Shown here: positions 1 through 10,216 of the stretch, one piece after another | Layout of the letters: every line of letters begins with the position of its first letter | Numbering within the stretch: the first letter of the stretch is position 1 | Origin: a candidate division WOR-3 bacterium | GTDB taxonomy: Bacteria; Hydrothermota; Tepidihabitantia; SM23-42; JAOAFX01 | NCBI GenBank assembly: GCA_965649105.1 | Contig: CBFGJP010000004.1 | Coordinates: 1-58,035 of the forward strand | DNA: 58,035 bases | Direction: 5' to 3' | Position numbers and translations under genes: made by a program | The notes under the pieces: generated by a model | Database searches by the model: none | What the model saw: the letters and a program-made list of their open reading frames with translations, nothing else | What the model was told of the DNA's origin: nothing

Positions 1-733
1 CAATAATTTTTAAAAAGTCTTTTAGATCGAAATCAAGGCTGAATCTTGCCCAGAGATACAAATAATCATCGGGAATTTCTTCAATCTTTACATTTTTGTA
101 TTCAACATAACCACTTATTGTATCGCCCAGTGAAAGGTAACTATCGATGAGATATAACTTTCCTTTAATGCCTTTAATACCTTTGAAAATTTTGATCCTT
201 TCGTAAAGGTCGTTCAGCCTTAAGGCTTTTAAAATCTTTAGCGAGTCATTGTGGGGTGATAGTTGTAGGAATTCATCAGAATCTACGCCTTGTGTGCTGA
301 GGTTTAAAATAATATCGTTCAAGACGATACTATCGACTTTTAGATAATCGTATTTTTTTATATAATCAAATGCAAGATGGTATGTTTTTCGCTCTATAAG
401 TTTCTGGATGAAAAGATTAAAAATCTCTTCTCTTTTCTGGTGAAATTTGAATGAATCGAAATAGGTGTTACAAGAGATAAAAAACTTACTGAAATCATCT
501 TTTTTATCATAGATTTTAATTAAATAATAAATAGCATCAGGGATTAATGTATCCCGAGGGTTTTCATTGACAAAATTTTCAAAAAAAACCTGGGCAAGCC
601 GATAGTTCTCATTTTCATAATTTTTTAGCGCCGTGTAGAAATCACTGGAGGCAAAAAGAATTTTTGAATGAACGAAAATAATATAAAGTGGCCAAAAACA
701 GAATAAAGATTCCAATCTAAAAATTCTTTTCAT
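1..733 (-). CDS. TPR-like exported protein, partial (runs off the window start)
   Basis: Manual translation from ATG at 733: MKRIFRLESLFCFWPLYIIFVHSKILFASSDFYTALKNYENENYRLAQVFFENFVNENPRDTLIPDAIYYL... The frame is open to base 1. Hydrophobic N-terminus then a BamD/YbgF-like TPR pattern; overlaps the end of the GT4 gene. Not in the supplied ORF track. Confidence 0.7.
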   Translation of the reverse strand, partial: MKRIFRLESLFCFWPLYIIFVHSKILFASSDFYTALKNYENENYRLAQVFFENFVNENPRDTLIPDAIYYLIKIYDKKDDFSKFFISCNTYFDSFKFHQKREEIFNLFIQKLIERKTYHLAFDYIKKYDYLKVDSIVLNDIILNLSTQGVDSDEFLQLSPHNDSLKILKALRLNDLYERIKIFKGIKGIKGKLYLIDSYLSLGDTISGYVEYKNVKIEEIPDDYLYLWARFSLDFDLKDFLKII

Positions 734-1814
734 GATAAACATCCATCAAGATTTTCTCCATTACTTCAGCCGAATGGTCCCAGGAAAAATTTTTTGCCCA
801 CTCAGTTGCGGCATTGGAAAACATTTGCCACTTTGTATCATTGGTAAGTATTTCTTTAATTTTCTCAGCAAGTTCTTTTATATCGCCATATTCATAAAGA
901 TAGCCGGTCTTTCCAGTAATCAATGTCTCCTTAAGCCCCGGCGAATTGGCACAGATTACCGGCGTCCCGCAAGCCTGGGCTTCAATTGCGGTCAGTCCCC
1001 AGCCTTCTTTTATTGATGGTTGAACAACAACTCGTGCCTGCCGATAGATGTCATACTTTTCTTTTTCGCTAACAAAACCCTTGAAATCAACTCCCAATTT
1101 CAATATGTCGGCGAGGTTTTTTAATTGCTCTAATGCATCGCCATCACCAACAATTGCCAGTTTTACGGGGAGTTCATACTTTATTAAATTTACTGCCCGC
1201 AAAAGGTGGTCAATAGATTTATATCTTTTTATTCTACCGACATAGAGGACAAGATTTTTATCTCTTTGAATAGTATAATTTTTTTCAAATACAGGTATTC
1301 CGCTATAGACAACCGAGATATTCTGTTTGACACCCATTTTCTTCAAATCATCGGCAGTGCTTTGAGATATGGCAATGAAATGGGAACGGCGATAAAATGC
1401 AGGAATCAAACTTTCCGTTAAGTAAACATAACTTGCAAAAAGAAAGTTTGTTTCTCGATATATCGTTTTTCTGAATAAGTGCATTATCATTATCAAGTTT
1501 TTCTTTTTGGTAAAAACCGGGGAGTAAAATGGAATTTTATTCTGGTCATCAATTATGATATCAATCTTTTTATTTCTTAAAATTGCACGTAAGGCAAACG
1601 GAACAAAAAAGTTAAAATTAAATCTTCTCCCAATACGAATAATTTCAAACCCATCCATTATTTCATATCTTTTCTGTCCGGGTCCCCGGCTGCAGAGTAA
1701 AAAAACTTTGTGCCCCTTTTTAATCAGACGGGAGAATATTTCGTAGAGATAGACTTCGGCACCGCCAGCATAAGGATTTTTCCAGTCCTGCCAGTTAATG
1801 ATGAGAATGTTCAT
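717..1814 (-). CDS. Glycosyltransferase family 4 (GT-B)
   Basis: N-terminal GGAEVY, YVGRIKRYK and EGWGLTAIEAQACGTPVI (EX7E) motifs. Confidence 0.93.
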   Translation of the reverse strand: MNILIINWQDWKNPYAGGAEVYLYEIFSRLIKKGHKVFLLCSRGPGQKRYEIMDGFEIIRIGRRFNFNFFVPFALRAILRNKKIDIIIDDQNKIPFYSPVFTKKKNLIMIMHLFRKTIYRETNFLFASYVYLTESLIPAFYRRSHFIAISQSTADDLKKMGVKQNISVVYSGIPVFEKNYTIQRDKNLVLYVGRIKRYKSIDHLLRAVNLIKYELPVKLAIVGDGDALEQLKNLADILKLGVDFKGFVSEKEKYDIYRQARVVVQPSIKEGWGLTAIEAQACGTPVICANSPGLKETLITGKTGYLYEYGDIKELAEKIKEILTNDTKWQMFSNAATEWAKNFSWDHSAEVMEKILMDVYHEKNF

Positions 1815-1826
1815 ATTATTGAAAAG

Positions 1827-2753
1827 TTAAGAATTATGGATTTTTGCCCGCCAGTAATTCAATAAATCTTCAATCGTTTTTTCAAATGGGATCTTAGGTA
1901 CCCAACCCGTCAATCGGGAAAATTTTTCACCGTTACCCGATAGTATGGCGATATCGGTTTTGCGCAGTCGCGAAGGATCAATTTTTACTTCAAAATCAAT
2001 CTTTGCAAATTTTTTGAATAAATCTATTGCCTCCTTGAGAGCGTGTGATTGATTTGATGATATATTACAAATTTCTCCGGGCACAAATTTTTCGATAGCA
2101 ATTTTATACGCCGCAACCACATCATTCACATTCATAAACTCTCTTTTGATCTCGACATTTCCAACTTCAATCAAAGGCGCCTTTTTACCCCGTTCTATTT
2201 CCGCAATCTGTCGGGCAATAGAAGGTAGGACAAAATCATCGGATTGCCCTGGTCCGGTATGATTGAAAGGCCTCAATATCATAAAATCAATGTTATTATT
2301 AGCATATTCTTTGCATATCAATTCGCAGGCGTATTTGCTCACCGCATAAGGATTTTTTAGCACAATGGGTGCATCTTCTTTTAGACCTTCACCACCTCCA
2401 TAGACCTCACAGGTTGATATGAAAATAAATTTTATTTTTTTATTTAGCAGCAGAGCGGATTCAAGAAGGTTCACGGTTCCAATTATGTTTGTTTTATATG
2501 TAAATGGACGGTCGATAAAGGATTTTGCCACCGAGCTCACTGCTGCAAGATGGAATATTATGTCAGGATTGTGGGATTTGAGAACTTCACGCACCATATC
2601 ATGATTAATTATATCTAAATCTATATATTTGCCATGCTTTGGTCTTAAAGGTGGATAGCAGGCGGGGATGACCATATCAAGAGTTTCTTTTAGGGCCTTG
2701 ACGAGATGGGAGCCAACAAATCCTTCGGCACCGGTTATGAGAATTCTATTCAT
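1827..2753 (-). CDS. GDP-sugar SDR, GDP-4-keto-6-deoxymannose reductase (Rmd)-like / GDP-mannose 4,6-dehydratase family
   Basis: ITGAEGFVG Rossmann motif, YAVSK catalytic motif, RPFNHTGPGQ as in Rmd. Confidence 0.85.
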   Translation of the reverse strand: MNRILITGAEGFVGSHLVKALKETLDMVIPACYPPLRPKHGKYIDLDIINHDMVREVLKSHNPDIIFHLAAVSSVAKSFIDRPFTYKTNIIGTVNLLESALLLNKKIKFIFISTCEVYGGGEGLKEDAPIVLKNPYAVSKYACELICKEYANNNIDFMILRPFNHTGPGQSDDFVLPSIARQIAEIERGKKAPLIEVGNVEIKREFMNVNDVVAAYKIAIEKFVPGEICNISSNQSHALKEAIDLFKKFAKIDFEVKIDPSRLRKTDIAILSGNGEKFSRLTGWVPKIPFEKTIEDLLNYWRAKIHNS

Positions 2754-3703
2754 GAAATTTTTGAACGCCAGTAATTAAGTAAATCCTGCAATGTTTTATC
2801 AAATGGTATCTCGGGTTGCCAGCCGGTAGCATTTTTTAATTTTTCATTTGAACCGATCAATAATTCTACATCAGAAGGCCGCATACGGCATGGTTCCTGA
2901 ACGATTTTCAAATTGAGATGTGCCATTTCTATTAATTTATTAAGCAGTTCCTTTATTTTTATCCCGACACCGGATGCGATATTATAAACCTCACCCGGCG
3001 TCCCTTTTTTCAAAGAAAGATAATAACCACGAACGACATCGCGTACATCAAGAAAATCCCTTACTGCCTCAAGATTACCAACATAAATAACTGGCTCTCT
3101 TTTTTTCTTTTCGATTTCAATAACCTGACGGGCAAAGTTGGAACTGACAAATACTTCGCCCCGGCGTGGTCCCGTATGATTAAATGCCCGTGTGCGCACG
3201 ATCTTTAATCCATAACTTTTAAAATATTGATAGCCGAGCATATCCTGGGCGATTTTGCTCACCGCATATGGGCTCAACGGTCGAAACGGATTTGTTTCTT
3301 TTATCGGAACTTCATTGGGATAGACCAATCCATATTCTTCACTTGAGCCTGCAATATGAATAAATGGATCGATCTTTAATTCACGCACTCCCTCAAAAAT
3401 ATTTAATTCACCAATGACATTTGTCGTCATGGTTTCTGAAGGGGCACGCCATGAAAATGGCACATAACTCTGGGCGGCGAGATGGAAGATGTAATCTGGT
3501 TTGCATTCGCTCAATACATATTTTACGGCAGATGAGTCCCGAATATCGCATTCAAAAAGTTTAATTTTATGTAGAATATGCTCGATATTTTCCAGGCGGG
3601 AACGCCACTTTATGGTGCCAAAAACTTCAAAATTTAATGATAGAAGATATTCGGCAAGGTGGCTGCCTGCAAACCCGGAAATACCAGTTATAAGCGCCTT
3701 CAT
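2750..3703 (-). CDS. GDP-mannose 4,6-dehydratase / Rmd family SDR
   Basis: ITGISGFAG, HLAAQSYV, GSSEEYG, PLSPYAVSK, FNHTGPRRG, GNLEAVRDF. Confidence 0.88.
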   Translation of the reverse strand: MKALITGISGFAGSHLAEYLLSLNFEVFGTIKWRSRLENIEHILHKIKLFECDIRDSSAVKYVLSECKPDYIFHLAAQSYVPFSWRAPSETMTTNVIGELNIFEGVRELKIDPFIHIAGSSEEYGLVYPNEVPIKETNPFRPLSPYAVSKIAQDMLGYQYFKSYGLKIVRTRAFNHTGPRRGEVFVSSNFARQVIEIEKKKREPVIYVGNLEAVRDFLDVRDVVRGYYLSLKKGTPGEVYNIASGVGIKIKELLNKLIEMAHLNLKIVQEPCRMRPSDVELLIGSNEKLKNATGWQPEIPFDKTLQDLLNYWRSKIS

Positions 3704-4464
3704 AAACCTCCTTTTTTTTCAACCTTTGCCGGCAAATATGCCATGGGGTCGACGGGTTGTCCTTTAAAGATTACTTCGTAATGGAGATGAGGAGATGTTG
3801 ATTTACCGGTTGAGCCAAGTAATCCAATAATTTTTCCACCGGTCACCTGATCTCCATATTTAACAAACAGGGAATTAAGGTGCCCATAAAAAGTTTTGTA
3901 ATTTACACTATGTTCAATTACAATATAATTACCATATAATGTGTCCCAACCAACCGAAACAACTTTACCACTGCCCGCGGCAATAACCGGTGAATAGGAA
4001 GGAGCCGCAATATCAATGCCCTTGTGGATTTCGTCAAATTTTCTTGAAATTTGTCCGATAACCGGGAGAAGCGAAGGCAAATTTTCTGCTGACCCTTCAT
4101 TGGCCAACTCTTTTTCGTACTTGCTTTCCGTCTTATCTACCACCGGTGTTACTGCAGAGGGGGTTTTATCAATACCTAACATATTCTTGATCCTTTGATT
4201 TTCTGCCTCGCTGAGTTCTAACTTTTTCTTAATGGTTTCAAGTTTGCTGAATTCTTTTTCTATTTCCGTCAGGCGTCTTTTTAATAACTCAAGTTCAACC
4301 ATTTTGTATGACAGGGTTCCGTATTTTACAAGTCCGACAACCAGAAAGACGATGATTATTATTAATATGGTCAACAGCGTATAGAACAGTTTTTTTGATA
4401 AAAAAATGTGGTGCGAGACCGAAGAATCGGTTGTGGAGAAGACGATCGAAAATCCTTTTTTCAT
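3700..4464 (-). CDS. M23 family metallopeptidase with N-terminal TM helix and coiled coil
   Basis: HKGIDIA (HxxxD), YGHL and PHLHYEV (HxH) motifs. Confidence 0.92.
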   Translation of the reverse strand: MKKGFSIVFSTTDSSVSHHIFLSKKLFYTLLTILIIIIVFLVVGLVKYGTLSYKMVELELLKRRLTEIEKEFSKLETIKKKLELSEAENQRIKNMLGIDKTPSAVTPVVDKTESKYEKELANEGSAENLPSLLPVIGQISRKFDEIHKGIDIAAPSYSPVIAAGSGKVVSVGWDTLYGNYIVIEHSVNYKTFYGHLNSLFVKYGDQVTGGKIIGLLGSTGKSTSPHLHYEVIFKGQPVDPMAYLPAKVEKKGGL

Positions 4465-5466
4465 TTATTTTTCAAAACCCTGTTCTGCACATGAAATCAA
4501 TAGTCTAACTGTTGCGTTTACATCATTTATATCGCAGACTTCATTGGGTGAATGGATATACCGCGTGGGAATAGAAAGCACGCCACTCTGGATGCCTTCT
4601 CTAATTACCTGGATTACGGCGGCATCCGTAGTTCCCCTTTCCAGAATTTCAAGTTGATAGGGGATTTTTAATCGCCGGGCATATGAAATCAAATTTTCTT
4701 TTATAAAAGGATGGGCAATAAATGCACTGTCCATTATCTTTATTGCAACCCCTTTTCCCAGTTCTACCACCATTCGGAATGATTCAGGCGTATCACCGGT
4801 TCCGGTTACATCCACCGCAATGGCATAATCAGGATTAATTCCAAATGCACTCGTTCTGGCACCACGCAGGCCAACCTCCTCTTGTGTAGAAAATACAAAA
4901 TACAGGTCATGCTTATTATTTTTTGTCTTTTTAATTGTTTCAATCAAACAATAACAGCCGATACGATCATCGAGTGCCTTCGCGATTATTTTGTCGTTAA
5001 CAATTTCGGTTTCTTGATAGAATGATGCAATATCACCGATTTTAATCATTTCTTCGGCTTCTTTTTTATCACGAGCACCAATATCAATATAAAAATTATC
5101 AAGTCCCGGTGGCTTCGGTGTTTCCGGTTTTGTTTCAACACCAATGACACCGATTACGCCATTTTCAAAAAGCACACGATGATGCAGAATTTTTTCAGGA
5201 AAGATGCCCCCGACACTGGCAAATCTAAGAAATCCCTTATTATCAATGTGTTTTATAATCAATCCTATTTCATCCATATGGGCGCAGAACATCAATTTTT
5301 TTGCATTCTTTTTATTTTTCGCCTGGATATGGGCGATTAAATTACCCAGGGCGTCGGTCTTTATATCATTGCAAAACTTCTTTATTTCCGATTTTATTAA
5401 AAACCGAATTTTTTCTTCCCTCCCCGATGGACCATAGATTTCAGTAAGATTTTTGATTAACTCCAT
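4465..5466 (-). CDS. M42 family aminopeptidase (TET-like)
   Basis: AHMDEIG, KALDDRIG, QEEVGLRGA, TRYIHS. Confidence 0.93.
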   Translation of the reverse strand: MELIKNLTEIYGPSGREEKIRFLIKSEIKKFCNDIKTDALGNLIAHIQAKNKKNAKKLMFCAHMDEIGLIIKHIDNKGFLRFASVGGIFPEKILHHRVLFENGVIGVIGVETKPETPKPPGLDNFYIDIGARDKKEAEEMIKIGDIASFYQETEIVNDKIIAKALDDRIGCYCLIETIKKTKNNKHDLYFVFSTQEEVGLRGARTSAFGINPDYAIAVDVTGTGDTPESFRMVVELGKGVAIKIMDSAFIAHPFIKENLISYARRLKIPYQLEILERGTTDAAVIQVIREGIQSGVLSIPTRYIHSPNEVCDINDVNATVRLLISCAEQGFEK

Positions 5467-6467
5467 TTTGCTCCTTTTAAAATTTTTTCCATTGTTAAAG
5501 ATAATAATTTGATGCAGTTTTTAATATCGTTCATTGATGCCATGGAAATAGGTGAATGTATGTATCGTGCAGGTGTGGAAATGACAATTGAAGGGATGCC
5601 ATCTCTTGTTATATGCATCACACCAGCATCTGTACCACCGATCATTGGTTGTTTATACTGATAGGAAATGCGGTATTTCTTTGCTGTGTTTTCAAATATC
5701 TTTAACAGATTTCTATCACACATAATTGTTGCATCCGCAATCGTCAATGTCGGTCCGTTCCCCAATCTTGGATACAACGGCAGATCCTTCTTTTCCGGAA
5801 ATTCGCCGGACCCGGTCGTGTCCACGGCAATCGCTATATCAGGATTTATCCGAAACGCAACAATCCTTGCACCACGCAGGCCAACCTCTTCTTGCACTGT
5901 AAAGGCATAATAACCGGGAATATCAGTATTTTTAATCAATTCCATCAAAATATAACAACCGATTCGATTATCAAATGCCTTACCATAAATGATTTCACCC
6001 TCTTTTTTGAATTTGGTATCAAATGTTGCCATATCACCAATTTGAATTAGTTTTTCTACTTCCTCGCGGGAACCTGCACCGATATCAATAAAGAGTTCTT
6101 TAGTTTGGGGTATTTTGTCCATCTCGCCGCGTTGAGTGAGATGGATGGGTTTGTGCCCTATAACACCGGGTATATTCTTCGCACCAACGATTACCCTTTT
6201 CGCAAGAATCGTCTGACTTCTTAAACCGATAGTTTTAAATCTTAACAGTCCATTTTTTTCAATGGTGGTAATCATCATTCCGACCTCATCCATATGGGCG
6301 GCAAGGAGAATCTTGGTTTTGTTGTGTTTCCCTTTGCGGGCGATTAAATTACCATAATTGTCTTCGATTAACTCATCTACATATGGATAAATATGTTCTT
6401 TAATAAAAGACCTAACTCGATCTTCATCCCCGCTCACACCACTTATCTCGCATAGTTCTTTTAGCAT
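5457..6467 (-). CDS. M42 family aminopeptidase (TET-like), second paralog
   Basis: AHMDEVG, KAFDNRIG, QEEVGLRGA, GGTDAG, ARYIHS. Confidence 0.93.
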   Translation of the reverse strand: MLKELCEISGVSGDEDRVRSFIKEHIYPYVDELIEDNYGNLIARKGKHNKTKILLAAHMDEVGMMITTIEKNGLLRFKTIGLRSQTILAKRVIVGAKNIPGVIGHKPIHLTQRGEMDKIPQTKELFIDIGAGSREEVEKLIQIGDMATFDTKFKKEGEIIYGKAFDNRIGCYILMELIKNTDIPGYYAFTVQEEVGLRGARIVAFRINPDIAIAVDTTGSGEFPEKKDLPLYPRLGNGPTLTIADATIMCDRNLLKIFENTAKKYRISYQYKQPMIGGTDAGVMHITRDGIPSIVISTPARYIHSPISMASMNDIKNCIKLLSLTMEKILKGAKWS

Positions 6468-6472
6468 AAATA

Positions 6473-6500
6473 ATTATATTTAAGAAAATAACGTTGTCAA
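6473..6500 (-). promoter_or_regulatory. Sigma70-like promoter, probably leaderless, for the M42/M23/SDR/GT operon
   Basis: TTGACA-N16-TATAAT, 5 nt before the ATG at 6467. Confidence 0.7.
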
Positions 6501-6621
6501 CCGCGGGCAGTTCTAAATCTTCTTATTTTAATACCTTTGTGATGTGATGATTCACGTCAATAACCAATTCATAATATCACAATCACGAGTTTATCAATGA
6601 ACTTTTTTGTTACCGGATCCA

Positions 6622-7992
6622 TCAATACAAAATAAACCAAAGCCAGATATTGCAAATATATTTATTTTTCTTTGAATTAGGATTATGTTCGAAATTATTC
6701 ACATAGCGTTTGCCGGCCTCTATATTAAAAAAGAGTCTTGGGTTAATGTAAATTTCGATTCCCGGTAAGAAACTGAAACTTTTTTCTACAAACCCGGATG
6801 GAAATTCAGGATAGGCTGGTCCGCGCTCAATTTCATACGGTAAGTATATACTTCCCTCACCTTTTCGGACAAATTCAATTTCCATTTTGGGAAATATTTT
6901 TTTATTATTAAAAAATTTAACAACAAATGACAGCCTATCTGCATCGTTGCCGAGTGGGAAACCCAAACAGATTGAATCATCTTCATAAGTATTTTCCGGT
7001 ATGAAATGGGTGTATACCCATTTATCGACAAAGGTATAATTTAACTTAAAGAATATTTTTTCAAATATAATTTTTTTAATACCGACCTGGAATCCAAGTT
7101 TATGTGGATATTCAGTATATCCTTGTGGTGGTTCACTGAACTGATAATCGTCAATGAGAAATTCACCAAACAAAATCGTATTGGAAAAATTTATTGCGCT
7201 ATCAAAAAGCCACATTATATTATCATTCCTGTTCATTCCCCACTGACTTAGATAATAAGGCAGAAAAAAATTTAGATATAATGGTTCTATTCCATCACAC
7301 CAGAGAATGCTTTCGGAAAATCCCAACTGGATATTATTTAGATTCAATCCGATCCGGTGGGTCGAAATAAAGCGCATCTTTCGGGGGTCGAGTATCGAAA
7401 AAGTTGCATTGAAAATGTAATATTTATCTGCGTATGTTAAGATATAGCCATCATATCCTTCTCTTGCTGGTGATAGAAGGAGACTGTGTTCATCTCCGAA
7501 ACCAAGCAATAAATTTCTTCTACCTATGGTCAATTGGACTTTTTTATCATTAAGTTTTACATAACCTTCATTCAAATATGCCTGGACAATCTCTTTCCAG
7601 GGTCTGGGACCGGCGTGATCAGGATTTGAACTAAAATGAAATCTTATGCCCTGGGCAAACGAAATATTATTTTTAATCCGTCCTGCTAACTGGAGGTCAA
7701 GGTTGGAATAAAGTTTATCAATTTCCTTTCTCCCGGCACTTATATTGAAAGTTGTATTAAATTCATTTGTTTTTTTCAAGAAAGGTCCGAATGTTGAGAT
7801 TATTTTTTTGTCGATACCGTTGAGTTTTTCTTCCAGAAAGAAAAGCGTGTCAATCTCACAAATTATTTCTTCAATTGCTAATGGTTTCATAACTTTGATG
7901 TGGTTAAATCCCCGGACCTGCAGGTAATCAATTCCAATATTTAAGGGAGAGTCAAAAGGAATGAATGAGTTTATGATAATAAATAAAAACAA
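6622..7992 (-). CDS. Capsule assembly Wzi-like outer membrane protein
   Basis: Beta-strand-rich. GR..L.G.G..SLLLS, STHR, GFSES, GEFLIDD and LGFPLGNDAD motifs resemble Wzi. GGAGGAG RBS before a TTG start. Confidence 0.7.
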   Translation of the reverse strand: MFLFIIINSFIPFDSPLNIGIDYLQVRGFNHIKVMKPLAIEEIICEIDTLFFLEEKLNGIDKKIISTFGPFLKKTNEFNTTFNISAGRKEIDKLYSNLDLQLAGRIKNNISFAQGIRFHFSSNPDHAGPRPWKEIVQAYLNEGYVKLNDKKVQLTIGRRNLLLGFGDEHSLLLSPAREGYDGYILTYADKYYIFNATFSILDPRKMRFISTHRIGLNLNNIQLGFSESILWCDGIEPLYLNFFLPYYLSQWGMNRNDNIMWLFDSAINFSNTILFGEFLIDDYQFSEPPQGYTEYPHKLGFQVGIKKIIFEKIFFKLNYTFVDKWVYTHFIPENTYEDDSICLGFPLGNDADRLSFVVKFFNNKKIFPKMEIEFVRKGEGSIYLPYEIERGPAYPEFPSGFVEKSFSFLPGIEIYINPRLFFNIEAGKRYVNNFEHNPNSKKNKYICNIWLWFILY

Positions 7993-8001
7993 GGCTCCTC
8001 C

Positions 8002-9315
8002 TTATAGATTTTTTTCTAACAATATATGAAGTTTCCCATCGTCCCAGGTTCCATTTCTGGGTATTGAAAAAATTATTGAGGTGTTAACAAAATTTGTCTT
8101 TGCCTCAATTCCCGCACCATAAGCAAAGGTGTATTTATCATTTAGGTACGCAACATCAACAATTGGATATAGGGGTAATTTTTTGAATTCAATATTTAAC
8201 CATACCGCCTGTTTTACAAGAAACTCATCTTCCATGTAACCCCTCAAACTCTTTGCACCGCCAATTTTAAAATAATCAAAATATTCAAAAATTTCGGTTT
8301 TTGCATAGCGCCAATGTGGTTTAATGAAGAAATTTGCATAACCTATTTCTCCATCATAAAAGAATCTCAATCTCTCGTTATCTCTGAACAAGTAATCAAA
8401 CTTAATAGAATTAAAAAAAATCAAGTCTTCTTTATTAAAATTCCATTCTAAACCTGCACCCAACAGGGTATTTGAATAGCCATAACTGCCGGCATCAGTT
8501 AAATAATTTGTTATTTCGATACCGCTTGTGACGAAAATACTCAGATAATCATTTAATGGTGTATTGAAGACCCCATTTAGTTCTACAAGTCTTGCGGAGT
8601 CATAAGTCCAGATTTTGAGATCGCCTCTAAATATTACCGGAGATAAAATAACTGGTTCGGTAAAGTTAATATTTAATAAATTTTTATTATCTCGGTCAGA
8701 AATATTTGATTCATAATTAAATCGAAACTGGCGCAGGGTTCCAAAGATATTTAATGAAGATAGTTCAAAAACGAAATATTTTTCAGACCGCGCAAAGGCG
8801 CCACCAGCAGAGATATAATCCGTCGATTTTTCTTTTATTTCTAACAGAACAAAATAATTATCGCCCTGCTTTAAAATTTTTTCGGTAACATCGTTGAAGG
8901 TATTTGTTTTCAGAATAGTTTTTTTTATCCGGTGGAGATTTTTCAGGGAAAAATACTGGTCTTTATTTATCCTTGTGATCTTTTTTAGTGGTCCGATTTC
9001 AGTTTTTTTATCTGTTTTAAAGAGATAATCTTTTATGACTATACGATCACCTTCTGTTATATAAAGAATTAACTTCTGTCGGGCATTTTCTAATTTAACA
9101 ATTTCGGGATTGATACTGCAAAACGGAAATCCGGCGTTACAATAAAGGTCGAGGATTTTTTTTATGAAGATTTCAATATCACTATAATTTTTAATTGGTT
9201 TATAGAGGCTAAAAAGATATTCGGTAGAAAAGAATGTATTTCCTTCAATACTAATATCTTGACTGTGAATGCTTATGATGACAATACTCAGGACTGAAAT
9301 AGATATGGCCGCCAT
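8002..9315 (-). CDS. BamA/TamA-like Omp85 protein with POTRA domains
   Basis: IEGNTFFS and LY.NAGFPF POTRA-like segments, NIFGT barrel start, IGGAKSLRGY (VRGF/Y loop-6 motif). Confidence 0.8.
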   Translation of the reverse strand: MAAISISVLSIVIISIHSQDISIEGNTFFSTEYLFSLYKPIKNYSDIEIFIKKILDLYCNAGFPFCSINPEIVKLENARQKLILYITEGDRIVIKDYLFKTDKKTEIGPLKKITRINKDQYFSLKNLHRIKKTILKTNTFNDVTEKILKQGDNYFVLLEIKEKSTDYISAGGAFARSEKYFVFELSSLNIFGTLRQFRFNYESNISDRDNKNLLNINFTEPVILSPVIFRGDLKIWTYDSARLVELNGVFNTPLNDYLSIFVTSGIEITNYLTDAGSYGYSNTLLGAGLEWNFNKEDLIFFNSIKFDYLFRDNERLRFFYDGEIGYANFFIKPHWRYAKTEIFEYFDYFKIGGAKSLRGYMEDEFLVKQAVWLNIEFKKLPLYPIVDVAYLNDKYTFAYGAGIEAKTNFVNTSIIFSIPRNGTWDDGKLHILLEKNL

Positions 9316-9794
9316 TTGTCATCGGTGGTTCCAATTTCCCGCAGGACAAAGGTAAAATAATTTGGTTTTTTGGGTTTCCTATGTAATTTCATATTGGCGG
9401 CCTGGAGTGTTCTGTTGCCTTTGCGATTATTGCATTCAAGGCAGGCACACACAAGATTTTCCCAGGAGTCATCACCACCCAGCGCCTTGGGAATTACATG
9501 GTCGGTCGTCATCTGTCCACCTTTTTTCCCGCAATACTGACATTCATTATTATCCCGTTTGAGAATATTCTTTTTATTGAGTGGAATATCTTTTCTTTTT
9601 ATCTGGACATAATATTTTAATCTTAAGACCGACGGAACAGGAATTTCGTAGTTGATCGAATGGACCGCCTTATTTCGATCATTCTCAATCAAATCAACTT
9701 TTCCCAAAATGAGTAGGGTAATTGCCCGGCGCAACTTCAACACCGTGAGTGGTTCGTAATTCTGATTTAACAATAGCACCGGTTTCTGTAACAT
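9288..9794 (-). CDS. HNH endonuclease (McrA-like, stand-alone)
   Basis: VLLLNQNYEPL N-terminus; RDNNECQYCG...TTDHVIP...WENLVCACLECNNRKG. Confidence 0.92.
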   Translation of the reverse strand: MLQKPVLLLNQNYEPLTVLKLRRAITLLILGKVDLIENDRNKAVHSINYEIPVPSVLRLKYYVQIKRKDIPLNKKNILKRDNNECQYCGKKGGQMTTDHVIPKALGGDDSWENLVCACLECNNRKGNRTLQAANMKLHRKPKKPNYFTFVLREIGTTDDKWRPYLFQS

Positions 9795-9797
9795 ATT

Positions 9798-10178
9798 TTA
9801 TAAACCCGCTCTTACAGGCATTATTACATCAATGACGAGATGTCGGGAATAAGTATAAAAGCCAAAAATATTTGAAGAATCATTGTATGCAACATAGATT
9901 CTAAAGGAATCGGGTATGGTTCGGTCAATTACTATAGTATCATATTGAGGATTGAGCTGGAGTTTAATTTCTCTGAATTCAGCGAGAAGGTCATTGATTA
10001 TTTCGGCGTCGGGTTTTAAAGGACCGATTTTTACTGCATCTTCAACCTTATTTTTTGCGGCTGAATAAGTAAACTGTATTCTGAATATTTGATAGCCAAT
10101 ATATCCAATAAGCAACAGCAATATTATCAGAAAGATTACGCTGAATCCCGAGATACCTTTTGAATAACGAATAGCCAT
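9798..10178 (-). CDS. Small membrane-anchored hypothetical protein (pilin-like/DUF4845-like N-terminus)
   Basis: Short basic leader, G-rich junction and a single TM helix; GGAGG RBS. Confidence 0.6.
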   Translation of the reverse strand: MAIRYSKGISGFSVIFLIILLLLIGYIGYQIFRIQFTYSAAKNKVEDAVKIGPLKPDAEIINDLLAEFREIKLQLNPQYDTIVIDRTIPDSFRIYVAYNDSSNIFGFYTYSRHLVIDVIMPVRAGL

Positions 10179-10216
10179 ATTTGCCTCCCTTTATTTTTCT
10201 TTAAAAAGATAAAAGT

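Noticed and set aside
9288-9794. HNH as a mobile element or Cas9/IscB relative
   Set aside because: 168-aa stand-alone HNH embedded in a housekeeping operon, with no RuvC motifs or element ends.
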